Part shown: in pieces, positions 25,712-38,918 of the stretch
How the letters are laid out: the number at the start of each line of letters is the position of its first letter
Numbering within the stretch: the stretch's first letter is position 1
DNA from: Veleropilina oligotropha
Taxonomy: Eukaryota
Assembly: GCA_048128005.1 (NCBI GenBank)
Contig: JBEUKZ010000123.1
Coordinates: forward strand, 434,001 to 490,293
Direction: 5' to 3'
Length of the DNA: 56,293 nucleotides
Translations under genes and position numbers: made by a program
Notes under the pieces: generated by a model
The model's database searches: none
Told to the model about the DNA's origin: nothing
What the model saw: the letters and a program-made list of their open reading frames with translations, nothing else

Positions 25712-25768
25712 TTTACTGCACACAGTTCTGTTTCGTATAGGCAGAACCTACACTCCTCAGTGCATAAA
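25712..25768 (-). ncRNA. Minimal type I hammerhead ribozyme motif (Penelope-associated), cleavage triplet GUG
   Basis: Minus strand reads TTTATGCA CTGAGGA GTGTAGG ttctg CCTATAC GAAA CAG aa CTGT G TGCAGTAAA: conserved core plus stems I-III. Confidence 0.8.
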
Positions 25769-25894
25769 TCAGAGTGATCTACAGATATAGGCAACGGTAA
25801 TAAAACGTCATAATTATTAGGATGACGTCATAAAATTATTGCATCTAGTGTTCAAATAGAAGTTGATATAAGTCAATGCGCATGCCAAATTAAT

Positions 25895-26320
25895 TCATTT
25901 AACGATTCTCCGTAAACATTTATCTTTATGCCTGCATTTATTGATTAGTTCATTTCGTTTGTTCAACGTTGCTACTCTGGGCTTATATAAAATAATAAAT
26001 TTCTCTGTTAAACACAAGTTGCATTTATTAGTAGTGTTTGAGTAGTGCGGGGCTACCGGCTCGGCATAGTTTTTCCATTTAATTGCATAGTTTAACTTAC
26101 TGTCCTGCAAGTTCCATATGTGTTTGCTAAGTTCCGTTGAGTTGCGTTTCGATTCTGATTTGAATGTGGTCGCTAACCGTGATTTGAAAGAGGTGGCTGT
26201 TAATCCGACGTAGGTTTCTTCAACATGTCCACAAGTAACTGTGGCTTGATATACAATATCCTTGGCAAGGCGTTTTACTTCTAGCGGGCATGTGGCTTTC
26301 TCGTGCAGTTACACTTTTCC
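25895..26320 (-). mobile_element. Penelope-like element 3' fragment (GIY-YIG endonuclease, frameshifted)
   Basis: KCNC..CPL..DIVYQATVT..TYVGLTATSFKSR..STELSKHIWNL..KCNLCLTEK..LNKRNELINKCRH. Confidence 0.88.
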
Positions 26321-26896
26321 TTTGGCAATGTTTTAAGGCAACTTGTCACAAGATTATTTGTAAGTGTATTGCAAAAATTATTTGCATATATTCCGGAGAC
26401 AGAAATGTTTTTTTGAAAAAATCCGCATTTCTGGCACCGATATTGAACCGTATTATACATGCACTTTATGGTAGATTCATAAGATAACCATTTTTGTAAA
26501 TAATGGTTATTAACGGTAAAAACACATTTAGTTCGAAGTGTGAGGTGCATTAAATAACATAGTTGTAAGAAAATACAACATATATGGCTCAATTTACTCT
26601 TAAACGTTTTAAATAATACGGTCGTCCAACTGCGTTCTTTTTATAAACCTTGAGATATACAACGCATCAAGTAAAAGTCATATTTATTAGTTTTGGCAAT
26701 TTTATTGGTAGAAATTGACATGATTAGACTTACATTGATTAATGAACAACATATTGTATTAATATGAATTGTATTAGACCTATGGAATTTTAGTTTCCTT
26801 TGCCGAAAACATTCGAGGCTCCGGGTTTGGAGCCACAAATACATCGGTCGTCCAAACGCGGTTTTTTATACGCATATATGTGTGCTTCGATTGCGG

Positions 26897-27049
<153 letters not shown>

Positions 27050-27513
27050 TGTAAATCATAATATTTTCGCGCTATTAAAATTTAGCGAATTCGTCACAAG
27101 GGAATAATTAGCGACATGTAATTTTAGCTAAAATCGCAAAGTAGGTTGCAAGTTAATTGAAAAAATCGCAATCGGATTAATATAATGACGATGGTGTCAT
27201 CACGTGGGTGTAAAATGTGAATTGGTATTTCAAATGATATAATTAATATGATTACAAGTTCAATTGTTAAGTTTATTCAATAATTGTTACTACTACTTGC
27301 TAACGTGTTGCTATCTATGCATAATAGACTGTTACTTGCCAGTAGCCATAAAGCACATCGTCATTTGACATTAAAATGGACACTGTTGTGCTTATCTAGG
27401 GAGGTCATTTATACAGTGAACCACTAGTGAAACTTGCGCGAAAACGATGCAATACTGTTGAATAAACGTTATCTGTAGAACAGGAACTAAAGCAAAGAAG
27501 TTGATACGCTCGT

Positions 27514-28107
27514 TTGTTTCAGGTCGGTGTAGGCCTACAGTCCGAATCTGTAAACAAAATTAGATGTGAGGTACAGCTACAAAAATTTGAGCTGGACAAA
27601 TTAGAGCAGTATGGTAGACGTGAATCGATCCGAGTGACTGGTATCGCCGAGGAAACAAATGAAGACACAAACAACGCCATCGTTGCTGTAGCGAGGGATG
27701 TGGGGGTCGTAATAAAGACCACGGACATTAGTGTCAGCCACAGGATTGGCAAACCCAGAGGCGTACGACCGGATGGGTCCCTGCCAAAACCGCGGCCAAT
27801 CATTGCCAAATTTGTTCGAAGAGATATCAAGGCACAAATATGTAAGAAGAAAAAAGAATTGAGAAACGCTCCCGGTCGAAATGGTGTTTTTATCGATGAG
27901 GACTTGACTCCACTGCGAGCCAAGCTCGCCAAAGAGTTAAGGAAGGAACCAGGAAGAATAGTCTGGACTATCGATGGTAAAATACACACCAAGATTTCGA
28001 AGGATGGTCGAGAGGTCAAATCAACCTTGGAAAGCCCTGAAGATTTCTTGAAGGTGGGATGGTCTTCAGAGAAAGTCAGAGAAATGGGTCTTTACATTGA
28101 CTTTTAG
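27514..28107 (+). mobile_element. LINE ORF1, 5'-truncated (L1-ORF1/Transposase_22-like RRM+CTD, CR1/L2 group)
   Basis: LEQYGRRESIRVTGIAE, ISVSHRIGK, PRPIIAKF, VFIDEDLT, WTIDGKI. Confidence 0.88.
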
Positions 28108-29550
28108 GACAGGCCAGACCCCTCAGTGCCAGTAACTGTACTTAATGACCATAATTATGCAAGTTCGCAGGAAAATTGTTCTTTAAAATTCTGTGCTTTG
28201 AATGTTAATGGGTTGTTTAGTAAATCAAAGTATGATGTGTTAGAAAATTATATTAAAAACTTTGATTTCATTTGTCTAACTGAAACTAAAACTGATTTTA
28301 TACCGGATGACGAATATGATGGTTTTAAACCTATTACTCTGTTAAAAAACAACAACAATTCTCCATTTGGTGGTATTCACGGTATTTCTGTTCTTGTTAG
28401 AGAAGATATGCATCCTTTGTGCAACAAACTTGAGCATATTTCATCTGACTGTGTCTTATGGGTAAAAGTTGATAAACAAGCTATTGGTTTTGAATTTATT
28501 CTTGGTATTGTCTACATACCCTGTGAAGACTCTGTTTATCATCAAAATTTACTTTTTGAACAATTGTATGATGATATTCTTGATCTGCATGTAAAATATG
28601 ATGCTCCAATTATGTTATTGGGAGATTTTAATGCACGTACACGTTTACTGAATGATTTTGCTGCAGTCGACTCAGATTTATCAATTTTGGGCAATGCTAG
28701 TTATGATATTGTTGATTACAAAGAAAAGTTAGAATCAATTGGCATTATAACCGAAAGGTTTAATCAAGACCTAAAAACCAACAATAATGGTTTTCAATTG
28801 ATAGAATTGTGCCAAGCAACAGGTTTAAATATAGTAAATGGGAGATTGGGAAGTGATGCTGCTGTTGGCAGCTTTACATGTCATCGTGTAAATGGGTTAA
28901 GTACAATTGATTATGTAGTAGCGGCACCATGTCTGTTTCCACTTATTTGTGATTTTACTGTTGATGTATTTGACAAATGTTTACCTGATGTTCACTCACC
29001 AATATGTATTTCACTGTCCAATTCTAAAGTAAACACTCATGTAATCAATGAATTGCCAGAGAAGGTTCTAGATGAATCTATCAACAATCTTGACCATGAA
29101 ATTGTAACAACCAAATGGAACCCAGATCTATCCACAGAGTACAAGAATTCATTTCAGATGAACGACATTGAAGTGCTAAAACTCAAATTAGAGTCATTGT
29201 GTATCGATAGTCTAAACCAAACTGAAATAGACAACTTGTCTGAAGAACTATGTAGTATTTTTATTGAACCGGCCAAAAACATCGGTGTTAGCAAATCTGC
29301 AGCTAAGGGTAAAAAAAGACCAAAATATGTACGACGGTATAATAGAAAAGAGTGGTTTGATGCCGATTGTGAAGCAATGAGGAAAAAATACATGGACTGC
29401 AAAAACAAGTTTAAAAATGCCAAGAATAATCATGAAAAAATGCAGTATGAAATTGAATTTCATCAAAAGTTCTCGCAGTACAAAAAGTTCATTAAAAAAG
29501 CACAAATAAAGGCTCAGCGACAGCTTCGAAAGAAAATACGTCTTTTAAAG
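28108..29550 (+). mobile_element. LINE ORF2 APE endonuclease, truncated before the RT domain
   Basis: LNVNG, LTET, VYIP, GDFNAR, STIDY, DVH, then KEWFDADC; runs into unrelated sequence at ~29550. Confidence 0.9.
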
Positions 29551-30118
29551 TACGTTCGACATGAAATATTCCCTGTGGTCCAATACTTCAATGGGCTAGA
29601 AATACCATTAAAGTTAACATATTTTAAAATACCAATAAAATGTGATTTAACGCTTATGAATTGACTATGTCTTTGGGTTTTTGTCTGGAGAATGTCATAT
29701 GCCTCATAAAAACACTTAGAACAAGACAAACCTTCTCCCCAGTGACAAGGAACGCGACGGTGAAAGCCGGAAATCACTACGATAGAGCTGAAACTGGAAA
29801 AGACATCATAAAATCCGCATCCTAATCTGGATTGGAATATTTTGGGTATTTCCAGGTTTACTGATATTCTTAGTCTTGTGTTATAATTTGCAAAACATCG
29901 AGCAAGTAGATGTCATGAAACAGCTGTTGACAGATAGAAAGAAAGACATACATTTAAACCGACAAAACCCTCGCCCTTCATTACACGAAGAAAAATATTT
30001 TCTGCCTACAGCATAAAATATTTATAATGTACACTTTTAAAATATGTAGGTGATGCTTAACTTTGTCCAAGTGTATATAGACTTTAAAATTGTGTTGTAT
30101 GTATATTATACGTTTCAG

Positions 30119-30214
30119 GAGCCCAGTTAGGCACGGTCATATCCCTGCCAATCTCCGGATTGTTGTGTGCGTCGGATCTCGCTGGTGGCTGGCCTTCGGT
30201 TTTCTATATCTTTG
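30119..30214 (+). CDS. SLC17/sialin-like exon 5
   Basis: GAQLGTVISLPISGLLC...GGWPSVFYIFG; AG/GTAAG. Confidence 0.93.
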
Positions 30215-30700
30215 GTAAGCAACTATTGTCCGAGTATAATTGCTTTGCATTGTTTTGTGGCAACCATGGCGATTATCCAATCATATGACAGCTCTGAGGT
30301 TTGTCATCTCCATCCGATAAGCAGATATGCTTAATACATCAGGCGATAATCGTCTACACTGTTTGAAGCTACAGGTTACAGGTCCTAACAGAAACAGGTT
30401 AGTTTTATATGTGACCGCTCTTTTCGAATCCACAATATTTCAGCAATTAGTTTCGCATCAGTCTCAGTTACTTTTATTACAAAGACACAGTCTTAAGGGG
30501 AAGAGTCAGAACTTGTGTATTCTGATCTTAATTATAATGCGGTAAGCTTGTTTTATAACGAAATAAGATTGAGCACAATTACTCCTCTTGAATATTAATG
30601 CTATTAGCGAACAAAAATGACACATGGTAGCTACATATTATATCACGAAATAGTGAAATGTGCGAAATGAAACCTCTGTGATTGTCCATGTTTTCTTCAG

Positions 30701-30822
30701 GAACAATTGGATGTATTTGGTTTATTTTCTGGATGATATTAATTCACGATACGCCTGGTTCTCACCCTCGAATATCGAGTCAAGAGAAATTATACATTGA
30801 AGAGTCCATTGGCCGTGACAAG
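30701..30822 (+). CDS. SLC17/sialin-like exon 6
   Basis: GCIWFIFW...DTPGSHPRISSQEKLYIEESI; AG/GTGAG. Confidence 0.93.
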
Positions 30823-31256
30823 GTGAGGACTGCAAATTGGTGATATTTTATTAAAATTAACTTTCTGCCACAATATTCGCATACAGAAGTCACACTACAA
30901 TTGATATTCTGTTTTGGACATGCATGTACAAGTTTTAACTGTTTGTCCTCTGTAGAGATTCTTAAAACTGAAATTTGAAACCGGTAATATTCGCGTGGAT
31001 ATAAAAATCATAGTAAGTGTTTTGCTACCACAATCTTGCAAAATATTAGTATCTACAGATTTTGACATTAAAACTATAAAAGATAGCAAAAATAAGGCGA
31101 TTCCTTTAATCTATCATAAGTATTCAATTGGTGTAAATAGCACGTTCCGCAATGAACATAATGCAGAAAGAAACTGGTTTTAAATAAATAGTAATATGAA
31201 TATTTCATTTCATAATTACACTATTCAGTAATAATTATTGTGCCATCTTATTTTAG

Positions 31257-31406
31257 AATGGGAGCACCCCGTGGGTGGCTATCTTTACCTCCCCTGCTCT
31301 GATCGCGATCCTTGTGGCGCATTTCACCGCCAACTGGGGCCTAGTCACGCTTCTTACTGGTTTGCCGACATATATGAAGGAAATTTTAAATTTTAATATA
31401 ACCCAG
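31257..31406 (+). CDS. SLC17/sialin-like exon 7
   Basis: [10 protein letters not shown]...AHFTANWG...[15 protein letters not shown]. Confidence 0.93.
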
Positions 31407-31991
31407 GTATATAAGTTACGAAGGCTTATTAGGGTCACCACAGCAAAAAGCAATTTTGAGTATCCTGAAAAAAAGTGTTTTTTCAGTACCTTGAGAAAAA
31501 TGCTTTTTAAATACCAAAACAAAAGTATTTTTTCAGTACCCTGAGAAAAAGTGTTTTTTCATTAGCCTGAGAAAAAGTGTTTTTTTTTCAGTACCCTGAG
31601 AAAAATGCTTTTTTCAGTATTCTGAGAAAAAGTGTTTTTTTCAGCAACCAAAGAAAAATTCTTTTTTCAGTACCCTGAGAAAAATGCTTTTTTCAGTAGC
31701 CCGAGAAAAATGATTTTTTCAGTAGCCTGAGAAAAAGTGTTTTTTCAGTATTTATAATAATATGGCTAGACACCAGCAGTTATTGAATAAACGAACGAAT
31801 TTGAATCATTTATGAAATATGTATCTGCAGTCTGTGTTAATTGTAGGCTACTTATGTCATGTCTTTTCCTTTTGTTTAAATACATAGATGATAAAACAAT
31901 ATAAATGCAAGCCTCCAAGCGCAACTTCACGTGAACACATGTAATTTCGTGCTGTGCCCCCGTGAATTTTGTGAGCGATGTATTACCAATC

Positions 31992-32532
31992 TATGGTGGC
32001 ATATTTCTGCCATCCACATATTCACATATCCATTTAATTATATGGTCGTAATATCTAGATATTTATGTGGATATCTATATAATATATCTAGTTAGCGACA
32101 TACATGATCGTTTTGCATAAGAGGATATGTCGATCTTATATAATCAAATGGACAGCCGGACAGAGCGTCAGAGTCTCGCCAGGACGTGTTGGTCAACTAA
32201 AATGGGCACTTTCAAATTGCGTGATTGCACGCGGGTTAATGCGTGCCTACGCATTGCGTTAACTGAGATTTCAGCGTTTATTGTCTGCGATTTTTCCGTT
32301 GTCTTTATGTAGATATGTAGATGGCACTTCGGAGCAAGGCGTCAATTTTTGAAAGAAATAAATATTAGCGCACAAGAGTATTTATCTCGCTAACTAGATA
32401 TATTATCTAGATATCGACATAATTATGAGACTAAGTAGATATATTAAGTAGATAACTACATAATTATCTAGAAATAAGACCACATAAATAAGTGATATGT
32501 GAATATGTGGATGGCAGAAATATGCCACCATA
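31992..32532. mobile_element. Nested MITE (TATGGTGGC...GCCACCATA)
   Basis: 39-bp TIRs 31992-32030/32494-32532 plus inner inverted repeats ~32080-32098/32387-32405. Confidence 0.88.
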
Positions 32533-32970
32533 TCAAGCCCATGCTTTCAAGAGCCTTAAAAAGTTCATCTGCTAAATTTCTTTCTCTTACAAACATTGCA
32601 ATGGAAATATCTTTGGCACTATAATATGGTTGGGTGTTTCCAAAACTGTAGTATGTAGTCTGAGTCAAAGGGTCGCGATGCATTGGACATATTATCTCCT
32701 GAATAATTAACAGACCATAGATGGCAGCGTATCATGGCGATTCACCAACAAACAAATTCTCCCCACTCCTACTGAATACACACCCAGGCACTTCGCACCC
32801 AAAAGCCAAGACAATTCACCCTCAAGTCCAGACAAATTCGACCCCATATAATTATATACAGTATATTTAATATGTCTATTCGCTCGTATATATGTCATCT
32901 GGCAGTACCATTCCGTCTTCCTCCATGACTATGCATATCAGGTCGTACATATCAGTATCACATGGTACTT

Positions 32971-33178
32971 CTAAAAAAGAACAAAATTAAATTGTTTGAT
33001 ACAAGACAAATAATTGGCTTCAATGTTACACAAACTATTGCGTGCAGGGTATACTTCTGGTATGTTATACATGATCGATGGGCGCCCATGGTAGGCTCTT
33101 TGACTCATCGAACGTCGAATCCTGTGGAAGTTCCAAACCTGAACAATCTCTCTCAACTCTTTCTGAAAGTTGTACAAA
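32971..33178 (-). pseudogene. C-terminal fragment of an IS3EU-like integrase-core transposase
   Basis: QKELREIVQVWNFHRIRRS...GRPSIMYNIPEVY matches the recalled WNxHxIR..GxPxxxY motif. Confidence 0.6.
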
Positions 33179-33530
33179 TTAGAACGCTCAGTCACGAGTG
33201 ACCGCATATGTATCCCCCGGTAATCCAGGATGGAATGCACATACCAAATGTGAAAGCATTCTGTTAAGAAAAGACCTGTCTATACCGATCACAAGGAATT
33301 ATGCTTTAAAATCCAAGTTGGAGGCCACAGCGGCCATCTTGGAGGTCGGACCACACCTAAAATATATAGGTGTCGTGTCCTCGCCCCAACCAATGCACAT
33401 ACCAAATTTGAAAACATTCCGTTAAGAAACGGCTTGTCTAGAGCGATCACGAGGAATCTCTCAGCGGACGCGGCGTAACAGCCGCTAAACCATGCTATCC
33501 CCCGACACTTTCCTTTCGGGGGATACAATT
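33177..33530 (-). mobile_element. Helentron-associated non-autonomous element (HINE-like)
   Basis: Sub-TIRs TGTATCCCCCG (33209) / CGGGGGATACA (33517), palindrome TATCCCCCG..CGGGGGATA at one end and GTCAC..GTGAC hairpin at the other. Confidence 0.7.
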
Positions 33531-35460
33531 ATGAATATGAGCAAAGTTAATATCGGACTATTAGGAGGGTTACAAATTTGCAGATTATAATGGAAATAAT
33601 TGTATGGCATTGATCAGTCTGAGACTTCCCGTGTCTCAATAAGATAACACAAATACCATGCATCTCTCTCGGACCTGCATTGAAAATATATTCAGCATAC
33701 GCGGACATTACTGTAGACCTACATTAATGATGCACGACGTACACGTAACAGACACATTACTGTACACCAAGCACAGTGCACTGTGATTACGAATCAATCC
33801 TAACATTCAACAATATTTGCAAGCACTATATACTCTGAAACTATTTAATTCAAGATCTATATGTATGCTTATATGTTGCAGTACGCAGTTCAAGGATCAT
33901 CGATGCATAGTCTATTTAGAATCCCTCTGTTCAAATATAATCTTACCAAAATGAATAAAATGTAACAGTTTTCCATGACTGGCTGGCGCAACAAGTAATG
34001 ATTCTATGAGACTCACTTGAAAATGACGGATTTACAGAGTTCTATATTATTAAAATGTCAGGTGATGTTGGCAAACCGGCCATATTGTGGGATTTCATCT
34101 TACCATAATATGGACATGATTCCATATGACTATAGATCTAAGATGATAACGGGACAACAAAACACAAAATAATGACTTTAACACAGTTTCGTACCCGAAT
34201 CTGAAAAAAAATTGTATCAAGATTTCCAATGAAATAAGCTTCATCTTTTAAATATCCAAACAGATCCATCCAAAACTGCGTTTCCCTTTCTTAAAATTGA
34301 CCACCATAGGCCTACTTGAATTCTTTGATTATTACAACTTCTCCCGTATTGGAATGAACAAACGTCTTGTCTTAAAAACGTCTGCATTATTTCTAATGAT
34401 TACGTTTTCAGTACCCAGATCTGCTTGAATTTTCTTCGAACAACCATTTAATAAATATAAAGAGTTGCAATAATACATCGCAGCCGCTATAAATGCAGGG
34501 TTGTGGTTGGTGCTGCTGGCATCTAGCCATATTATTATACTGAAAAAAACTCTTTTTCTCAGGCAACTTAAAGAAGCCTTTTTCTCGGGCTACTGAAAAA
34601 GTATTTTTCTCAGGGTACTGAAAAAAGCATTTTTGTTTGGTTACTGAAAAAAACACTTTTTCTCAGGCTACTGAAAAAAGTATTTTTCTCAGGGTACTGA
34701 AAAAACACTTTTTCTTTGGGTACTGAAAAAACACCTTTTCTCAGGCTACTTAAAATAATATTTTTCTCTTGGTACTGAAAATAATATTCAGTATTTTTCT
34801 CTTGGTACTGAAAAAAACAATTTCTCAGGGTACTGAAAAAACACTTTTTCTCAGGCTTCTGAAAATAATATTTTCTCTTGGTATTGAAAATAATATTTTT
34901 CTCTTGGTACTGAAAAAAGCATTTTTCTCAGGGTACTGAAAAAACTCTTTTTCGCAGAATACTCAATTTTGCTTTTTTCTGTGGTGACCCTAATAAGCCT
35001 TCGTAATATGTAGTGCGTTAAAATTATATTTAAAAACTGATTTTTGGTAAAATATTTAATACTGGGTATTTTAAATTAAATATACAGAAATGAATGGTAA
35101 ATGAGATGGTGAAAAGAGATTTCTCCCGTAAACTCGATGTAATTATTCATTACTACATTATTTTGGGATGAGAGATGGTGATTAAGATCCGTGCTGTCAA
35201 CATTGTGTTTACTAGTAAAGCATAATTACCCTGACATCATTGCTACAATATAAAAATGAAAAACATATACGGTATGTGTATGACACACTATAAATACATA
35301 TTATTATACATAGTATTATTCATTCAATATTACCCGCGAAATATTATCGTTTTAATCAATTCATGTTCCTTTTTATCGACGTTCGATAATCATTTTTCTC
35401 AACAACAAAGACAATACATGTATCGTATTTGATTCCTTTGGTTTATTTCTGATTTTGCAG

Positions 35461-35593
35461 AATGGATTCCTGTCTGCTTTACCATATCTCCTGTGTTGGG
35501 TTGTCAATATTGTTGCTGGTGGTGTCGCCGATTTTCTGCGAGAAACAGGTTATTTGTCGACAACTTCAGTTCGTAAATTATTTAATACTTTAG
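35461..35593 (+). CDS. SLC17/sialin-like exon 8 (133 nt)
   Basis: NGFLSALPYL...ADFLR...STTSVRKLFNTLG; AG/GTGAG. Confidence 0.93.
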
Positions 35594-35744
35594 GTGAGCC
35601 AATCAGTCATGTATTAAAAAAGCCAGTGTAGGCTATTGGTGAAAGGCATATTCATATATTCAAATAGTGCGTTGGGGCATCACTTTTCGGATTTGTCCTC
35701 GCTAGTTTGTACCAAATTACGCAACGGGATATTCTTAAAGATAA

Positions 35745-36003
35745 GGCCGCTTCGGCAGCGCAGTGGGTAGAGTGTCTACTCTAAATTCACTGTCTTGATT
35801 CCGCTAATGCGAACAGTAGTGGGATCAATACCTGGCTGAGGCATTGACATTTGTTCAAGTTATGAATCACAGTTGTCCGTGACTGGCCAAAGAGGGCGGG
35901 TTTACCTGGGCGATCGGGGTTTCCTCCCGCGATAACACGGACATGTCCGGCCTTGAACCTCGATGTTGTAAATATACAGGACATTAAGCATCATTCCTCC
36001 TCC
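35745..36003 (+). mobile_element. tRNA-derived SINE with V/Meta-like core and 12-bp TSD
   Basis: A/B-box-like head, core GGGTTTACCTGGG..GGTTTCCTCCC, exact TSD TCTTAAAGATAA (35733-35744 / 36004-36015). Confidence 0.88.
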
Positions 36004-37072
36004 TCTTAAAGATAATCCATACGAGTATATATCACAAACCATTGATGAACGGAATGCAACGAATTCATTCAGATCCGTGAATATTCTGCGTGCATCGTTG
36101 GCAATTTCGCAAAGGAAAATCTTTTTCTGCATATATCGCCAAGAACGAAATTAATAGTTTGAGATACTAAAAACAAAATAGATACAACGTTGTGGTAATG
36201 AGATGGCGAACATACCTATATTAATTGAATTTAAATAGCAAATCTAGTTGCTAGTTTCTACGCATGAATATGCAATTTTTTCTTGCATTTCGAATGAATA
36301 AAGGTGCCATACAGCTGATACTATATTTTGTAGAATCGTTTAGTTATTTGAATATACGTACCAATGGCGCGTTATACATAAAATGGGACTCAAGGGCCCG
36401 TTCCTCAATTAACCAAAGTGAGGTGAAATTAACAAGGTGTCAAACTCACTGACAAAGAAATTAACAAGGGGTTGAAAGAATAGGACTCTTCTTTTAAAGC
36501 GCCCACGGGGTCATATTTGCTGTTCGTTAAACTTTTAAGGGGTTACAGGTTACAATTTACAATAGATTGCCTTGGCATGTATGACAGATAATACCCTGAC
36601 ACCTCTGCGCGATATCTTGCATAATTCCCCTCGCCCCGCTCGGGTATTTATGACAGATATCTTCGCAGGAGTCAGAGTATTATCTATTACATATTTGAGT
36701 AATTTTATTCTTATATTAGGACCTATCTAACAATATTTATCCTAGGTATCGATAATATGATTGGCGCTGTTGACCTGTGTTATTGATAATGCGTGCTCTA
36801 GTAATTATTGAATTGAATTTGATTTAATTCATTTGTGAATCTGTCGTTTGATATTTTGGATTGATAATAGGTCAACGTTTGATGAAATAACAAAGATGTG
36901 CAATCATGTGTATTAAAAATTATCTTCCGTACATAAATAACAGCAACGCGTCTGCAAAAATCTTGAGATACGTTTACATGAGACTACAATTCAACTTTGT
37001 CTCTTGTATATACATCAATGTCAAATGGGAAATTTTAATACGAAGATTGACATTAAATTTGTACTTTGACAG

Positions 37073-37228
37073 GTAACTTTTTTGCGGCATTATTTTTACT
37101 GCTGATCCCGTTTGCTGGGTGCAGTGTTGTTGCAGCTTTCGCCATGATTGTGTTGGCTGTTGGCCTCTCTGGCTTCCAAGTAGTAGGATTCCAAATCAAC
37201 CACATTGACATCGCTCCAAACTATGCCG
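37073..37228 (+). CDS. SLC17/sialin-like exon 9
   Basis: ...GFQINHIDIAPNYAG; AG/GTATG. Confidence 0.92.
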
Positions 37229-37976
37229 GTATGTATTCTGGTTGATTTATGCGTTTGCAATAATTTGAATTTTGATCTTAGAGCTGCAATTGAATTGGAC
37301 ATTTATCCATTGTTTGGGTCTACTGAAATAACATTAAACGGGACGAGCGCTATTGTCTTGATGGATGTTACCTCTTTTGCGTGATACTGTGCATGGAATG
37401 TCATATCATACATGATACATTTGTATACTTCATTACATTAATATTTGTCTGTACTAATATTAAGTGCTAGTATCTTGAGACAGTTTTGCCCGTAGCAAGC
37501 ATGATTTAATTTAATAAAATCTGTGACATTAATGACAGCATTAAGTCGCATGCATATATTCCAACAATAAAACAACGTTATTTAGTACATCATGTCCATA
37601 ATTAACCCGATTGTGTTTGAGTCATTTGTGTTGTTACTTTCGCTAATTAATCATGAAAAATGATGAAACGATTGTTGCAAATGTTATTGGTGTACCAAAT
37701 GTGCTTTAGAATTGTCATTTCGAATACTAGTAATTGTGACGGAAAAATCTTTCTGGTTCAAAATCTCATTCTCACAGAATTCCAGAACTTCTTTCTGATT
37801 AGAATATAATAATTATAATATCAATAAATCTCAGGGTACGGATGAATTAATTAACAGAAATTTTCTGCATATCCTCATGGATGTGCAAAATAACAGTGTT
37901 GGTACAGAAAGAGATTTGCACACCAGTGCCAGACGGTTATGTGCGATAGACAATCATGCATATATTCAACCTTACT

Positions 37977-38222
37977 AGGTCACCCCGGTAGTCGTGTGAT
38001 ATCGAGTGCCGACTCTGAAAATCACTGGTACGATTGTTCTAACTATCGGAAGTGGGTTCGAATCTCGGTTGGGGAAAGGGCATATTTTGTATATCGTTAT
38101 CGTTATATATCGCAGTACTGGCCGAAGAGGGCGGGTTTCCCCGGGCGACCGGGTGTTCCTCCTATTTTGAACCTGAAGGTTGTAAATATACAGAACTTTA
38201 AGCACCAATCTAATCCAATCCA
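37977..38222 (+). mobile_element. Related SINE subfamily copy
   Basis: Shares the core and ..TTAAGCA tail; (ATCCA)n-like end. Confidence 0.75.
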
Positions 38223-38499
38223 TGAAAGTTGACTATATTGCAATCGTTTGAATTGAAATTGAAAGGTTCCTAATAAGAATTAGCTCGCATTATGCGATAA
38301 AAAGATAACCTGATAGATTATACAGGGAAGTTTCATCAGCGACACCACAAGCAACATACTGAAATGTAATACATGTTCTATAAATTACACCAAAGACGTA
38401 TTTTTGATGTAATTTGTGCACAGATTGAACTGTCTTCATATTACTAGTTATTCATGAAGAAAATGTTCATGAGCTTACCCGCAATTATCTACTTTATAG

Positions 38500-38585
38500 G
38501 CACATTAATGGGAATAACCAATACGTTCGCGGCGATTACGGGGGTGGTCGGTCCGTCTGTTGTTGGAATATTAACAAATGCAGAT
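38500..38585 (+). CDS. SLC17/sialin-like exon 10
   Basis: GTLMGITNTFAAITGVVGPSVVGILT; AG/GTAAGT. Confidence 0.93.
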
Positions 38586-38918
38586 GTAAGTGGTTTATTT
38601 GGAATATTTAAATTTAAAGTGACCAGTTGATAGTGCTGTGTTAATATCAAGAATTCCACGAGTATCATTTAAGTTAGCTTGTTTGTTAAATGGCGAAATC
38701 TTCGAATTTGCCGCTTATATTGATAGGCCTTTTTAGCCCGTTTTCCACCACAGTTTCAGGGATGATTGGACAAGTCAAACCCTCTGTTTGATGAACTGTT
38801 GGTCAAAGGTTAAAGTGACTTTACACAGGAAAAGTCAATAGAACGAAGAAATGCACAAATTTTGATTTCTGTACAATTAATAAACATCGACCAAATAGTG
38901 TTTTCACCCGACCTTTTG

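Larger units (their letters stand above)
31417..35005. mobile_element. IS3EU-like DNA transposon with long modular TIRs in intron 7
   Basis: TACGAAGGCTTATTAGGGTCACCACAG...CTGTGGTGACCCTAATAAGCCTTCGTA; 6-bp flanks ATAAGT/ATATGT; arms ~31417-31779 and ~34513-35005 built from ~28-bp TTTTTCAGTACCCTGAGAAAAA repeats. Confidence 0.85.

Noticed and set aside
35745..35840. tRNA gene
   Set aside because: Only A/B-box-like remnants within a SINE head; no cloverleaf.
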